Source: an uncultured bacterium (GTDB lineage: Bacteria; Planctomycetota; UBA1135; UBA2386). From it: 64,000 bases of DNA. The notes under the pieces are model-generated. The model did not search any database. It worked only from the letters and a program-made list of their open reading frames with translations, and was not told the origin of the DNA. Position numbers and translations under genes: made by a program. Shown here piece by piece: positions 8,202 through 18,676 of this stretch. The stretch's first letter is position 1. Every line of letters begins with the position of its first letter. The stretch lies in contig CALCZA010000021.1 in the NCBI GenBank assembly GCA_937906475.1, positions 60,220-124,219 of the forward strand, written 5' to 3'.

Positions 8202-9476
8202 ATGTTCCTTTTCGCGCGTAGAGGCCTGGCTGCCACCAAGCTTGTTGTTGTAGCTGGTCTGTTCTTGACCGGTCCACTTTTCGCCCAGGGCAACTCTTGG
8301 CGCGACTTTCGCGGCCCGACACGCAATGGCTACGTTGCGAACGCCGCCGTGCCATTGACGTGGAGCGAGCAAGAGAACGTGACGTGGAAGTGCCCGCTGG
8401 TCGGTAGTGGTTGGTCGTCGCCAGTTGTCGAAGGTGGCAAGGTCTGGGTGACCGCGGCGACGGACCAAGGCAAGAAGCTTCATCTCATCGCCATCGATGT
8501 GGTGACTGGCAAGCAACTGCACGAGCAGGTTGTTTTCGAGAACGACAAACCCGAGAAGAAGAACGCACTCAATAGTTACGCGTCGCCATCGCCGGTGGTC
8601 GAACCTGGTCACGTCTATGTGCACTTCGGCACGTATGGCACGGCGTGCTTCGACACCGAAACATTCGAAAAGGTCTGGCAGCGGCGCGACCTCAATTGCG
8701 ACCACATGGAAGGGCCGGGTTCGTCGCCGATTCTGTTTGAGGACTTACTGATCTTCAATGCCGATGGTGGTGATGTTCAGTACGTCGTCGCGCTCGACAA
8801 GGTAAGTGGTGAGACCAAGTGGCGTACCGATCGCTCGATCAGCCTATTGGGGTTTCCGCCTGACTTGCGCAAGGCCTACAGCACGCCGCTCGTTATCGAG
8901 GTGGCCGGCAAAGCGCAGTTGGTCAGTTCGGGGGCGCAGGGCAGCTATGGCTACGATCCGCGCACCGGCAAAGAACTCTGGCTCGTTCGATACAAGGGCT
9001 TCTCGATGGCGTCGCGACCGGTCGCGGGCGACGGCATGGTGTTCTTGACGACTGGGTTCATACGGGCGCGCATGTTGGCGGTCAAAGTGCCAGCCGTCGA
9101 CGATGTCACTGAGACGAACATTGCGTGGGCCTACTCGCGCAACGTGCCCAAGATGGCATCGCCAGTGCTAGTGGGAAATCGAGTCTTCATGATTGATGAT
9201 GGTGGTTTCGCTACGTGCCTCGATCATCAAACCGGCAAGGTATTGTGGCGAAAACGCGTTGGGGGCGCGCACTGTGCGTCGCCCTTGTGCATTGGCGATC
9301 GCATCTACTTCTTTGATCGCGACGGCAAGACCGCCGTCATCGACAAAGGTGACGTCTACAAGGAGTTGGCTAGCAACCACCTCGACGAGGGCTTTATGGC
9401 GACCCCGGCGGTGGTCGGCGATGCCTTCATAATGCGCACGCGCAAGCACCTGTATCGAATCGAAGCCGGGAAGTAA
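8202..9476 (+). CDS. Exported PQQ-binding-like beta-propeller protein
   Basis: Signal peptide, WRDFRGPTRNG, repeated SSPV / TG..LW blade motifs, C-terminal ATPAVVGDAFIMRTRKHLYRI. Confidence 0.9.
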   Translation: MFLFARRGLAATKLVVVAGLFLTGPLFAQGNSWRDFRGPTRNGYVANAAVPLTWSEQENVTWKCPLVGSGWSSPVVEGGKVWVTAATDQGKKLHLIAIDVVTGKQLHEQVVFENDKPEKKNALNSYASPSPVVEPGHVYVHFGTYGTACFDTETFEKVWQRRDLNCDHMEGPGSSPILFEDLLIFNADGGDVQYVVALDKVSGETKWRTDRSISLLGFPPDLRKAYSTPLVIEVAGKAQLVSSGAQGSYGYDPRTGKELWLVRYKGFSMASRPVAGDGMVFLTTGFIRARMLAVKVPAVDDVTETNIAWAYSRNVPKMASPVLVGNRVFMIDDGGFATCLDHQTGKVLWRKRVGGAHCASPLCIGDRIYFFDRDGKTAVIDKGDVYKELASNHLDEGFMATPAVVGDAFIMRTRKHLYRIEAGK

Positions 9477-9494
9477 CTCTCGCCACGGCGTAGC

Positions 9495-9929
9495 ATGGTG
9501 TCGATGTCGACCCGCTTGCTCACATGGCTGCCCGTTCTGTTTTTGCTCGGTTGCGCGACGCCGCGTCAGGACTTTGGGTCCGACAACCCGGCGTTGCCAT
9601 TTAATAAGGCGGTGCTTACCGGCGATACGCTCTACGTGTCAGGTCACCTCGGCCTCGATGCCGCCACCGGCAAGCCACCTGCTGATGCTGCCGACGAGGC
9701 ACGGCGCATGCTCGATGCATTCGCGGTAACGATGGCGCGCGCCGATATGAGCATGGACGATCTGGTACAGGTACAGGTGTATTGCTCCGACCTATCGCTC
9801 TATGGAGCGTTCAACGACGTCTACCGCCAGTACTTCCGCACGACGTTTCCGACCCGCGCCTTCATCGCCTCGGCGCCGCTGCTCAAGGGTTGCCGCTTTG
9901 AGATCATTGGCACGGCCGTTCGGCGATAG
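9495..9929 (+). CDS. RidA/YjgF family protein with lipoprotein signal peptide
   Basis: LYVSGHLG, FNDVYRQYF, FPTRAFI (catalytic Arg), RFEIIG; N-terminal LLTWLPVLFLLGC lipobox. Confidence 0.85.
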   Translation: MVSMSTRLLTWLPVLFLLGCATPRQDFGSDNPALPFNKAVLTGDTLYVSGHLGLDAATGKPPADAADEARRMLDAFAVTMARADMSMDDLVQVQVYCSDLSLYGAFNDVYRQYFRTTFPTRAFIASAPLLKGCRFEIIGTAVRR

Positions 9930-9999
9930 ATTCGTAATCACTGTGCTAGCGACTTGCGCGGTCGTGCAGCGGACTCAATGAGTTCCTATTCTAGGCTGC

Positions 10000-11454
10000 A
10001 TGGTTGCACCCATAGCTTTGGCTGTCCGCGTCGTCCTTGCCTCGGCATGGCTTTCCTCGTGCCTCGTGGTGGCCCAGGAGGAAGGCGCAACGTCGCCATG
10101 GAATCGCTTTCGTGGCCCGAATGGCACTGGGCTTGCCGAGGGCCAATACGTGACTCAGATTGGGCCGGAGCAAGGCGTTATCTGGAAGCGCGAGTTTCCC
10201 GAGGGCCATAGCTCACCGATCTTCAGCGCCAAGTTGATGTTCTTGACCGGGGTCGAGGACGAGAAGATCTACACGTATGCAATCGACCGAGCAGATGGCG
10301 CAACCGTGTGGCGCAAGCAAGGCCCGCGGCCGCGCCGCACCGAGTTTCACGGCAAGAACGGTCCCGCCGCAGCGTCTGCCGCCGTCGATGCGGACACCGT
10401 CATCGTGTTCTTCGACGAGTATGGCATGCTCGCCTATGACCACGCGGGCAAGGAACGCTGGCGCATGCCGCTCGGTCCGTTCTTCAACATCTATGGCATG
10501 GGCGCGTCCCCGATTATCGTTGGCGACACGGTGGTGCTGCCGTGTGACGACGGCAAGGCATCGTATGTGATTGGTGTCGACAAGATGACGGGTGACGTTC
10601 GCTACAAGGTGGACCGGCCCAACGCGGTGAGTGGTCACTGCACCCCGGTCGTTTATCAACCCAAGGGCAAGGGCCCGCAGTTCATTCTGCCGGGTTCGTT
10701 CTTGTTGGACTCCTACGATGCCAAGACGGGTAAGCGTGTCTGGTGGATCCGTGGTCTGCCGTCCGAGATGAAGTCGGTGCCAGTATTGCTTGGCGACACG
10801 TTGTGGATCCACGGCTTCGGCAGTCCGCAGAATAATAAGGGACGGCAGATTGAGCTGGTTGAGTTCACCGCCGCGCTTGAGCAGATGGATAAGGACGGCG
10901 ACAAACTGATCAACAAGGATGAACTCACCGATCGGCGCGTCGGTCGCTACTTCCAGTTCCTCGACTTGAATGCCAACGGCACCTTGGATGCTGATGAGTG
11001 GCGCTTGTGTCGGGCGTCGTTTGCCTCCGTCAACGCGGCGATGGCCGTGCGCGTTGGCGGCGAGGGGGATATGACCGACAAGAGTGTGCTGTGGCAGTAC
11101 TACCGCTCGATCCCGCAGTTGCCGTCGCCGCTGATCACCAACGGCATCTACTACTTGCTCGGCGATCAAGGCGGTTTGATGTCGACGGTGCGCGCCGATA
11201 CCGGCGAGTTCGTCGAGAAGGCGCGCGTCGGTGAGGCCGGTGACGCCTACTTCACCTCGCCGGTTTGCGGCGATGGCAAGGTCTACCTGCTTAGTGAAGC
11301 TGGCTTGCTAACGGTGTTGGCGGCCGGCAAGGAGTTGAAGCCAATCCATTCGGCAGAGTTCGGCGAGCCATGCTTTGCGACGCCGGCGCTCGTCGATAAC
11401 AAGATCTGGTTGCGCACGCACGGCCATCTCTACTGCTTTGGAGAAACCAAGTGA
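10000..11454 (+). CDS. Exported PQQ-like beta-propeller protein with EF-hand insertion
   Basis: WNRFRGPNGTG, propeller repeats, EF-hand loops DKDGDKLINKDE and DLNANGTLDADE. Confidence 0.9.
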   Translation: MVAPIALAVRVVLASAWLSSCLVVAQEEGATSPWNRFRGPNGTGLAEGQYVTQIGPEQGVIWKREFPEGHSSPIFSAKLMFLTGVEDEKIYTYAIDRADGATVWRKQGPRPRRTEFHGKNGPAAASAAVDADTVIVFFDEYGMLAYDHAGKERWRMPLGPFFNIYGMGASPIIVGDTVVLPCDDGKASYVIGVDKMTGDVRYKVDRPNAVSGHCTPVVYQPKGKGPQFILPGSFLLDSYDAKTGKRVWWIRGLPSEMKSVPVLLGDTLWIHGFGSPQNNKGRQIELVEFTAALEQMDKDGDKLINKDELTDRRVGRYFQFLDLNANGTLDADEWRLCRASFASVNAAMAVRVGGEGDMTDKSVLWQYYRSIPQLPSPLITNGIYYLLGDQGGLMSTVRADTGEFVEKARVGEAGDAYFTSPVCGDGKVYLLSEAGLLTVLAAGKELKPIHSAEFGEPCFATPALVDNKIWLRTHGHLYCFGETK

Positions 11455-12683
11455 TGCGCGCAGTCGTGGGGATGTTGTTGGCGCTGGGCGTGACGGTTGG
11501 CTGTCAAGCGCAGGAGTGGTCTCGGTTTCGAGGTGTGCAGGGGCAAGGACTTGGCAAGGCGGACTTGCCGACCGTGTTTGGCAAGCAGCACATCCAATGG
11601 CGCACCGATATTGATGGCACGGGCCACTCTTCGCCGGTCTTGTGGGGTGATCGCCTGTTCTTGACGCGAGTCAGTGGCGTCAAGGGCAAGCGGGAGATCG
11701 TCTGCTATGACGCGGACACCGGTAAGCAGGCGTGGTCGTACAACTGCGACTTCGAGTCGCACAAACAACATCGACTCAATAACTTTGCGTCGTCTACACC
11801 TGCAGCCGATGAGCTTGGCGTCTACGTGACTTGGACCTCTGGCGACAAGCTTGTCGCCATCGCTCTGAATCACCAAGGCGAGTTGCTCTGGCGGCGCGAG
11901 TTGGGCGACTACTACGCGCAGCACGGCAGTGCCAACTCGCCAGTCATGCACGACGAGTTGGTTGTTGTTGCCAATGAGAACGAAGGCGACGACTGCTTCC
12001 TTACGGCTCTCGATCGCAAGACCGGCAAGCCGGTGTGGCGCGAAGAACTGCAGAAGAGCCCGCGCTGGGCGTGCTACTCGCCACCATTTCTATACGCGCC
12101 AAAGGCTGGTAAGCCAGTCATGTTGATTGCCAGTGCTGCGCATGGGTTGACCGCGTTCGAGCCCAATACTGGCGAGGTGCGTTGGCGTGCCAATCCAGGC
12201 TTCAAGAGTCGCTTTATCGCGGCGCCGACACTCGCTGGCGACAAATTGCTGGTCAACACCGGTAGCGGCGACTCAGGCAAAGAGTGCGTGATCTTCGACC
12301 TCAACGATGTTTCGGTCGAGCCGCCGATCCTCTACCGGCCGCGGCGTGGTTTGCCCTATGTGCCGAGCGGGGTCGCCCTCGATAGCCGATTCTTTCTGTT
12401 CGCTGACAGTGGTTTTGCGAGCTGCCTAGATGCCGAGACTGGCAAGACGCTGTGGCGCGAACGCATCGACGGTAAGTTCTTTAGCTCGCCGGTGAGCAAT
12501 GGCGACGCGATCTACATTGGCGATCGTGACGGCAAGTTGTGGACGTTCTCAAAGACGAAGTTCGAAGTGCTCGGCAGCTTCGACCTCGGTTCGCCGATCA
12601 ACGCGACTCCGGCGTTGGCGCGCGGTGCGATGTTCGTGCGCACCGCGGGCGAACTGATTCGGCTGCAGAACGCAGCCAAGTAG
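11451..12683 (+). CDS. Exported PQQ-like beta-propeller protein
   Basis: Signal peptide, WSRFRGVQGQG, GHSSPVLWG, FFSSPV; 4-bp overlap with the upstream gene. Confidence 0.9.
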   Translation: MMRAVVGMLLALGVTVGCQAQEWSRFRGVQGQGLGKADLPTVFGKQHIQWRTDIDGTGHSSPVLWGDRLFLTRVSGVKGKREIVCYDADTGKQAWSYNCDFESHKQHRLNNFASSTPAADELGVYVTWTSGDKLVAIALNHQGELLWRRELGDYYAQHGSANSPVMHDELVVVANENEGDDCFLTALDRKTGKPVWREELQKSPRWACYSPPFLYAPKAGKPVMLIASAAHGLTAFEPNTGEVRWRANPGFKSRFIAAPTLAGDKLLVNTGSGDSGKECVIFDLNDVSVEPPILYRPRRGLPYVPSGVALDSRFFLFADSGFASCLDAETGKTLWRERIDGKFFSSPVSNGDAIYIGDRDGKLWTFSKTKFEVLGSFDLGSPINATPALARGAMFVRTAGELIRLQNAAK

Positions 12684-12721
12684 CTCGGCTGCGAAGCGCA
12701 GCGATTACTTGGGCGGGCGAT

Positions 12722-14533
12722 TTACTTCGCGCTGATGCAGTAGAGCGACTTGTGGCCGCGCAGGTAGAGCTCGTCGCCGATGACGATGGGGCTGGCATCG
12801 AATATGTCATCGAGTTCGTTGGTCGCTATGTCCTTATAGGTGGCACCAGCCGTGAACACCTTAGTCATGCCTTCTCGCGATGGCAGATACACCTTGTCGC
12901 CGGCGCCGACTGGCGACGAGTAGATCGTGCGGAGGCCCGCCAGTCGTTGGCCTTCGAATGCGGCTTCGCCAGTCTCGATGTCGACGCAGCTCAATACAGC
13001 GCTGTTGCTACGCAAGAAGTAGATGTGCTTGCCGTAGAGCAGTGCGGACGGCACGTAGGAAGTCTGGCGGTTGTGCTGCCACAGCATGTGGTCACTGTCA
13101 GTGATGTCGCCGTTGGCGCCGGCGAGTTTGATCGCTTGGAGTGCGGCGCCACGGAAGCCACTCATCAGGTAGGCGATGCCGTCGCGCACGATCGGCGTCG
13201 GGATGGCGTTGGTGGTCATGCCGGTGGTGCTCCAGACAACGTCGCCGTTCTTGACGTCGTAGGCGCGTGACTTGCCAGTCGCTGAGACGATGGCCAGCGT
13301 CTTGCCGTCCGCTGTTGTGATTACCGGTGTCGACCAACTAGTGACTTCCTTGCGGGGCTTACGCCACAATTCTTTGCCGGTCTTGGTGTCCAAGGCGCAG
13401 ATGAAGGAGTCTCCTTCGTGATCCCAGTTGATGATCAATGAATCGCCGGCCAGCGCCGGCGAACTACCTTCACCAAACTGGTTGCGTGTGCGCATCGTTC
13501 CGAAGTCCTTCGACCACAGGAGATCGCCTGACATGCTTAGGCAGTGGATGCCCCGCGAACCGAAGTGCGCGTAGATGCGTTCGCCATCGGTGATCGGTGA
13601 ACTCGAAGCCTGCGATCCGGTTGCGTGGCCGCCCTCGTGGGGTACGGCACGCTTGACGCTCTTGTTCCAGATTTCGGTGCCATCATTTCGGTTGAGGCAG
13701 ATGACACGGAAGTCGAACTCCTTGGTCGGTGCCGCCCTGTTACCGAAGCCGCCACGTCGGCCACCGCGCCTGCCTTGGCGCCCACGGCGCTGACCGTCAG
13801 CGCCTTCACGCGCGGCATCTTCCGGCGACTTCACGGACTCGCCTACTTCCTCGGTTTGGATCGCAGTCGTCAGATACATGCGATCTTGCCAGGCGATCGG
13901 CGTCGAGTTGCCGAGTCCGGGCAGTGCCGTCTTCCACTTGATGTTCTTTTCTTCGCTCCACTCGGTTGGTGGGTTGCCGATGGCTTCGCCTGTGCCGTTC
14001 GGGCCGCGCCACGTCGCCCAGTTGCTGTTGACCTTGTCCTGCAGCGCTACCTTGTGGGGCAGCGCTACCTTGTCGGGCACCGCCTCGGGTTCGATCTTTC
14101 CGAACATGTGGCCGCCGTGATCTTTGCCAGACCACATGCCCGCATACTGATTGTCGTAGATGACGATGCGCGCGTTGAAGCGACCGAGCGTCGGCACGTT
14201 GAGGTCCGTTACTTGGATCGTCGGGGTGTCGCCAGCCCAGTAGACATCGACGGCGAGCGGCAGTGTCACCGACTTGCCGTGGTATTCAATCGTGGCGTCG
14301 AACTGCCACTTCTCGTCGCGCAACTTCTTGATCTTCGCGATCTTGTAGCTGTCTTGCTGTGGAGCCTTGTTGGAGTCGATCTCCGTGAATTGTCCGGTCA
14401 TCTTGCAGCCGCTCATCAGCTCTTCGAATGCGGATTCGAGTGCGATGCGCTCGGCCTCCTCCGGGTCGGCTTGGGCCACTAGGGATGCGGGGAGTAACAG
14501 TATGAATAGCAGGTGGGTGGCGTTCATTGTCAT
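12722..14533 (-). CDS. Exported fusion protein: N-terminal ~125-aa all-beta domain + PQQ-like beta-propeller
   Basis: Signal peptide, beta-rich N-domain ending HGGHMFGKIE, linker, then WATWRGPNGTG and propeller repeats with an RGG-rich loop. Confidence 0.9.
   Translation of the reverse strand: MTMNATHLLFILLLPASLVAQADPEEAERIALESAFEELMSGCKMTGQFTEIDSNKAPQQDSYKIAKIKKLRDEKWQFDATIEYHGKSVTLPLAVDVYWAGDTPTIQVTDLNVPTLGRFNARIVIYDNQYAGMWSGKDHGGHMFGKIEPEAVPDKVALPHKVALQDKVNSNWATWRGPNGTGEAIGNPPTEWSEEKNIKWKTALPGLGNSTPIAWQDRMYLTTAIQTEEVGESVKSPEDAAREGADGQRRGRQGRRGGRRGGFGNRAAPTKEFDFRVICLNRNDGTEIWNKSVKRAVPHEGGHATGSQASSSPITDGERIYAHFGSRGIHCLSMSGDLLWSKDFGTMRTRNQFGEGSSPALAGDSLIINWDHEGDSFICALDTKTGKELWRKPRKEVTSWSTPVITTADGKTLAIVSATGKSRAYDVKNGDVVWSTTGMTTNAIPTPIVRDGIAYLMSGFRGAALQAIKLAGANGDITDSDHMLWQHNRQTSYVPSALLYGKHIYFLRSNSAVLSCVDIETGEAAFEGQRLAGLRTIYSSPVGAGDKVYLPSREGMTKVFTAGATYKDIATNELDDIFDASPIVIGDELYLRGHKSLYCISAK
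14041..14076. repeat. 18-bp in-frame tandem duplication in the interdomain linker (DKVALP/HKVALQ)
   Basis: gcagcgctaccttgtggg followed by gcagcgctaccttgtcgg. Confidence 0.75.
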
Positions 14534-14660
14534 GGACCTCAGGCCGATGAATATATGGGCGCGGGCTCGTGTCGCCGCCTCTCGGTCATATTGCGCGCCT
14601 CACATACGTACACGGGACAGTCGAGCCCGCTGTGTCCGCTCGCGGTCCGTGAACAGTGAC

Positions 14661-17600
14661 CTATTCGCCGCGCAGGCCGTCAAGCAGTTTGCCGCGGGTT
14701 GCCAAGGCGCTGGCGAGCCACACCCAGAAGACGCCACTAAGTCCGATTACAGCGACGAACCCGGCGATGGGCAGTAACGGCAAACCGCGCTCTCCTTGCA
14801 GGGCGGGCAGCAGCGCAACACTGGCCGCGAGCACGCCGCAGATCAGGCCAAGGCCGAGCAAGACCGAGTGCTCGCAAAACACGAGGTTGCGAACGGTGGC
14901 GCTTGGGAATCCAACCGCTCGCGCGATCGCCAACTCGGCGCGACGTTCCAGTGCATTGCGCAAGACGACGACGCCGAGTCCCACTGTGCCGAGCAATAGT
15001 CCGAGCCCGCCGAGCAGCTGAAAGATCCACAAGTACGTATTCTGTACCGACTGGAACATTGCCAGGCGTTCTGCGGTGGGCGTCAGCTCCAAGCCGATGT
15101 CTTCGAGGGCGCGGCCCAAGTCGGCAGCGACTTGCTCGGCGCGTTCGCTCGGCGCATCGATCAAGAACATCCGGTAGCCCGACGCGGATGGAAAACGTTC
15201 CAGCATGTGGCGGTCGGAGATGATCAAGTTGCCTTGCAGGATCGAGTCCGCCACGGTGGCGACGATACGGACTTCAAAGTCGCGCCCAGATTCATCGCGG
15301 TATCGCAGCGAGTCGCCGAGCTTTTTGTGCAGCGCCCACGCGACACTGCCGCCATCGCCGATGGCCGGCACGACGCCGTCGCCGTAGTCCTCGTCGAGCA
15401 GCAGCCAGGGATTGTCCGTCGCACCTGCCTTGGCTTCGGTGCGGGTGAATCGGAAGCACTCTCGCTGCGCGAACAGGCTCGGTTGCACAGAGACGAGTTG
15501 CGGGCTCTGCGCCGTGCTCAAGTTGAGGCAGCTCGCATCATCCCCGCCGCGCACGCGCAATGGCACGATCGCAACGTCGGCAAGTTGTTCGTCATCCAAT
15601 GCGTAGGCATCACGGCCAGCTTCACTCGCGAGGTCCCGCAGGACTGGCAGCGTCGATCGGCCAAACAACGCGAAGCCACCCGTGCCCGAACTCCGCACTG
15701 CCGCATCGAGGGGAGGGGTGAGTCGATTGGCTTGGATCGCAACGACTAAGAATGTGCCGCTGGCGAGCAGCGAGATGGTGGCCACGCTGCGGCGCGGCCG
15801 GCGGCCGGTGTTGCGCAGTGCCAGTGCCGCGATTGTTTCGAGGTTCGAAGACTTCGGGATGGCTAGTCGAGCCAGCAGCAACCGGCAGCCGAGCAGGGTC
15901 GCGACCAGTAGCAGTGCGCCGCCCCCGAAGAAGGCGCTGGTTGCGCGATGGGGTTGGGCATTAGCAATCAAGTAGGCCGCGCCGGCCACTGCTGCAACTC
16001 CGAGCAATACCTGCACGCGATCGCGGCCACGTCGGGGTTCGAATAGATCCGCGTCGCCCGTTTCAGCGGCCTTAGCTTGCAGCAATTCGACTGCCGGTCG
16101 TCGAAAAGCGCGACGCATCGCCACCGCAATCGCAGCCAACGCGGCCAGCACGGCACAGCCGGCGCCGATTGCCACCGAACTGGGGACAAGGTGCGCAACC
16201 AACGTCGTCTGGCCGATTGTGTCGCGCCACAGCGTGCCGAGTGCGTGCAAGACTGCGTGCGTGTAGCCGGCGCCACACGCGGCTCCGATGAGGCTGCCCA
16301 ATGCCGCAAGCACGATGGCTTCCCGGATGAATAGCCAGCGTACGGTGCGTGGTTCGTAGCCGACTGCGAGCAGTGTGCCGATCTCGCTTTGTCGCTGCTC
16401 GATGCTGAACGCGAACATCATCGCCGTGAGCATTAGTGCCGCGAGAATCAGGAAGAAGCTGAGTCCGAGATACAAGCTGCCGAAGTCCGTTGCCGGGGTG
16501 CCGGCCGCGAGTGCTGGGCCGCGCAGATCTTGGAACTGCAGGTTGAGTGCCTTCGGATCGATCAGGCGAGGCAGTTGTTGTTCGAGTGCTTGTCGATGTT
16601 GGGGACTGGTTCGGATTGCCGTTAGCGTGCCGAAGCGATTGCTCCAAAGCTGTTGCCCGGTTGCCAGCGTCACGAACGCTTTGGGAGTGCCCTTGTGCTG
16701 TTCCCAGTACTTTTGGTCGTGCTCATCCAGTTGCTGCAGATCGACCGGAATGCCCGGCTCCCAATCTCGACAGCTCTTCGCTTCGGCGAGTCCGGGGAAC
16801 GCGGGCATCAATGTTTGGTCAGCTGCCGCGCCCGCTAGAGGCACGATCGAATGCACCTGCAGCTTGTGGCTGCGTTCTTGGAACTGCAGCGCGCTGTTCA
16901 TGACCGTGTAGGTCACCTCGATCGAGTCGCCAGGTTTGACGCCGAGGTCTTCGGCGAGCCATTGGTTGCAGACGATCTGGTCGTTGCCGGTCCCAGTGGG
17001 CACGAGCGCGCGCAGGTTGCGCAACGTCGATGCACTCGTGGTTGTCCCTGGCAGTGGGCCGATGGCGCTGACCATCGAGTAGGGCGTTTGCTTGTCGTGT
17101 GCCTTCAGGGAGTTGACGAAGTAGGTGACGATACCCACCGCGTCTGGCGTGATGCGCGCGACGGCGTCGACGATCGTTTTGTCGATGAAGACGCGAGAGC
17201 TCGTCAGCTCGGTGACGCCAGTTATCTCGTTCGTCGCTAATTGCAGTTCCGCATCTGCGATACGCCATTGCGCGCGTAGCGCCTTGTCTGCTGCGTCGAC
17301 TTGTCCGTCGGTTAGCAACATGTTGGCGCGACCGGGCAGTTGCAACTCTTCCTGCAGCCACGCGAGCGAGACGAACACGTTGAACGGCGGAGCTTGGCTG
17401 GTGCGCAGGCCGAAGCGCCCGAACTGCTGTTCGTCGACAACGCCGTCAATCGTGACGCGCAATCCGAACGAGATGTCGTCGACAGTCGCCATCGTCGCTT
17501 CGACCGGCATCAGGCTCGGCTTCTCGACACGCAGAACGACTTCGTCGCCAGCAGCAACACCGAGTTGCGTTGCCAAGCGTTGGTTTAGCAGGGCATGCCC

Positions 17601-17993
17601 GGCGTCCGGTGCGTTGCGTTGTTGCCCGGACGTGCTCATGGCAAAGAAGCTATCGTCGATACCGAAGACATCGACGATGCCGGTTCGCATTGCGCCGCCG
17701 TTGCTCGACGCGACACCCGGCAACTGCATGACGGGAACGCACGATGCGCTACCTAGCGCCGTGGTGATTCGGCTAGCTAGTTCCGCTTGCACAAAGCGGT
17801 CGCCGGCCGCGAGCACCGACGAGAACGACCCGACACGATGTAGCGCTTGGTCACGCAGGCTCAGTCGAACCGAATCTCCGACTGACAACGCGCCAACCAA
17901 AACGGTTGTGGCGCAGATGACGCCGAGCAATACCCCGATGTGGGTGCGCCAATAGTGACGCATGCCGCGCAGTGCCAGCAACCACGCGTTCAT
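14661..17993 (-). CDS. ABC transporter permease, MacB/FtsX family (duplicated, large periplasmic domains)
   Basis: Two FtsX-type TM modules with EQRQSEIGTLLAVGY and ERRAELAIARAVGF motifs; 1110 aa. Confidence 0.9.
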   Translation of the reverse strand: MNAWLLALRGMRHYWRTHIGVLLGVICATTVLVGALSVGDSVRLSLRDQALHRVGSFSSVLAAGDRFVQAELASRITTALGSASCVPVMQLPGVASSNGGAMRTGIVDVFGIDDSFFAMSTSGQQRNAPDAGHALLNQRLATQLGVAAGDEVVLRVEKPSLMPVEATMATVDDISFGLRVTIDGVVDEQQFGRFGLRTSQAPPFNVFVSLAWLQEELQLPGRANMLLTDGQVDAADKALRAQWRIADAELQLATNEITGVTELTSSRVFIDKTIVDAVARITPDAVGIVTYFVNSLKAHDKQTPYSMVSAIGPLPGTTTSASTLRNLRALVPTGTGNDQIVCNQWLAEDLGVKPGDSIEVTYTVMNSALQFQERSHKLQVHSIVPLAGAAADQTLMPAFPGLAEAKSCRDWEPGIPVDLQQLDEHDQKYWEQHKGTPKAFVTLATGQQLWSNRFGTLTAIRTSPQHRQALEQQLPRLIDPKALNLQFQDLRGPALAAGTPATDFGSLYLGLSFFLILAALMLTAMMFAFSIEQRQSEIGTLLAVGYEPRTVRWLFIREAIVLAALGSLIGAACGAGYTHAVLHALGTLWRDTIGQTTLVAHLVPSSVAIGAGCAVLAALAAIAVAMRRAFRRPAVELLQAKAAETGDADLFEPRRGRDRVQVLLGVAAVAGAAYLIANAQPHRATSAFFGGGALLLVATLLGCRLLLARLAIPKSSNLETIAALALRNTGRRPRRSVATISLLASGTFLVVAIQANRLTPPLDAAVRSSGTGGFALFGRSTLPVLRDLASEAGRDAYALDDEQLADVAIVPLRVRGGDDASCLNLSTAQSPQLVSVQPSLFAQRECFRFTRTEAKAGATDNPWLLLDEDYGDGVVPAIGDGGSVAWALHKKLGDSLRYRDESGRDFEVRIVATVADSILQGNLIISDRHMLERFPSASGYRMFLIDAPSERAEQVAADLGRALEDIGLELTPTAERLAMFQSVQNTYLWIFQLLGGLGLLLGTVGLGVVVLRNALERRAELAIARAVGFPSATVRNLVFCEHSVLLGLGLICGVLAASVALLPALQGERGLPLLPIAGFVAVIGLSGVFWVWLASALATRGKLLDGLRGE

Positions 17994-18676
17994 GCGTTTT
18001 GGTCCGCCATCGCGATGGATCCTTCGCGCAACTCGAGAGTGCGTTGCATGCGTGCGGCGAGGCGGCGCGAGTGGGTGACCGTTACCAGTGCGACGGAGTG
18101 GCGTTCATTTAGTTGGCACAGCAGGTCGCCAAGGGAATCGGTACCGCGCTCGTCGAGTGATCCGGTGGGCTCGTCGGCGAGTACAATCCGCGGTTGGTTG
18201 ATCAGGGCGCGAATGACGGCGACGCGTTGTTGTTCGCCGCCTGACAGTTGTGCCGGGCGATGGTGCAACCGTTCGCTGAGGCCGACTTCGTTCAGTAATT
18301 CGCTGGCACGATCGTAAGCCGTGCGTCGTTGTTCGTCCTTGGGGTGCACGAGCGTTGGCACTAGCACGTTCTCGAGTGCCGTCAATTGCGGCAGTAAGTG
18401 GTGCGCTTGGAAGATGAACCCGATCTCACGGTTGCGCAGAGCGGCGAGTTGCTTCGCGTTGCGGTTGGCCAGTGGTTCGCCATCGAACAACACGTCGCCG
18501 CTACTGGGAGGTAACAGACCGCCGATGATGTTGAGCAGCGTGCTCTTGCCAGAGCCTGATGGCCCTAACACGGCGACGGTGTCGTGCGGTTGCACGCACA
18601 GGTCGATGTTGCGAAGCACTTCGGTCGCAGTGCCGAAGTATTTGTTAACGCGTAGCAGTTCGACCAGTGCTGCCAT
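17990..18676 (-). CDS. ABC transporter ATP-binding protein (LolD/MacB-like)
   Basis: GPSGSGKS, LSGGEQQRVA, LADEPTGSLD, VTH. Confidence 0.95.
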   Translation of the reverse strand: MAALVELLRVNKYFGTATEVLRNIDLCVQPHDTVAVLGPSGSGKSTLLNIIGGLLPPSSGDVLFDGEPLANRNAKQLAALRNREIGFIFQAHHLLPQLTALENVLVPTLVHPKDEQRRTAYDRASELLNEVGLSERLHHRPAQLSGGEQQRVAVIRALINQPRIVLADEPTGSLDERGTDSLGDLLCQLNERHSVALVTVTHSRRLAARMQRTLELREGSIAMADQNA

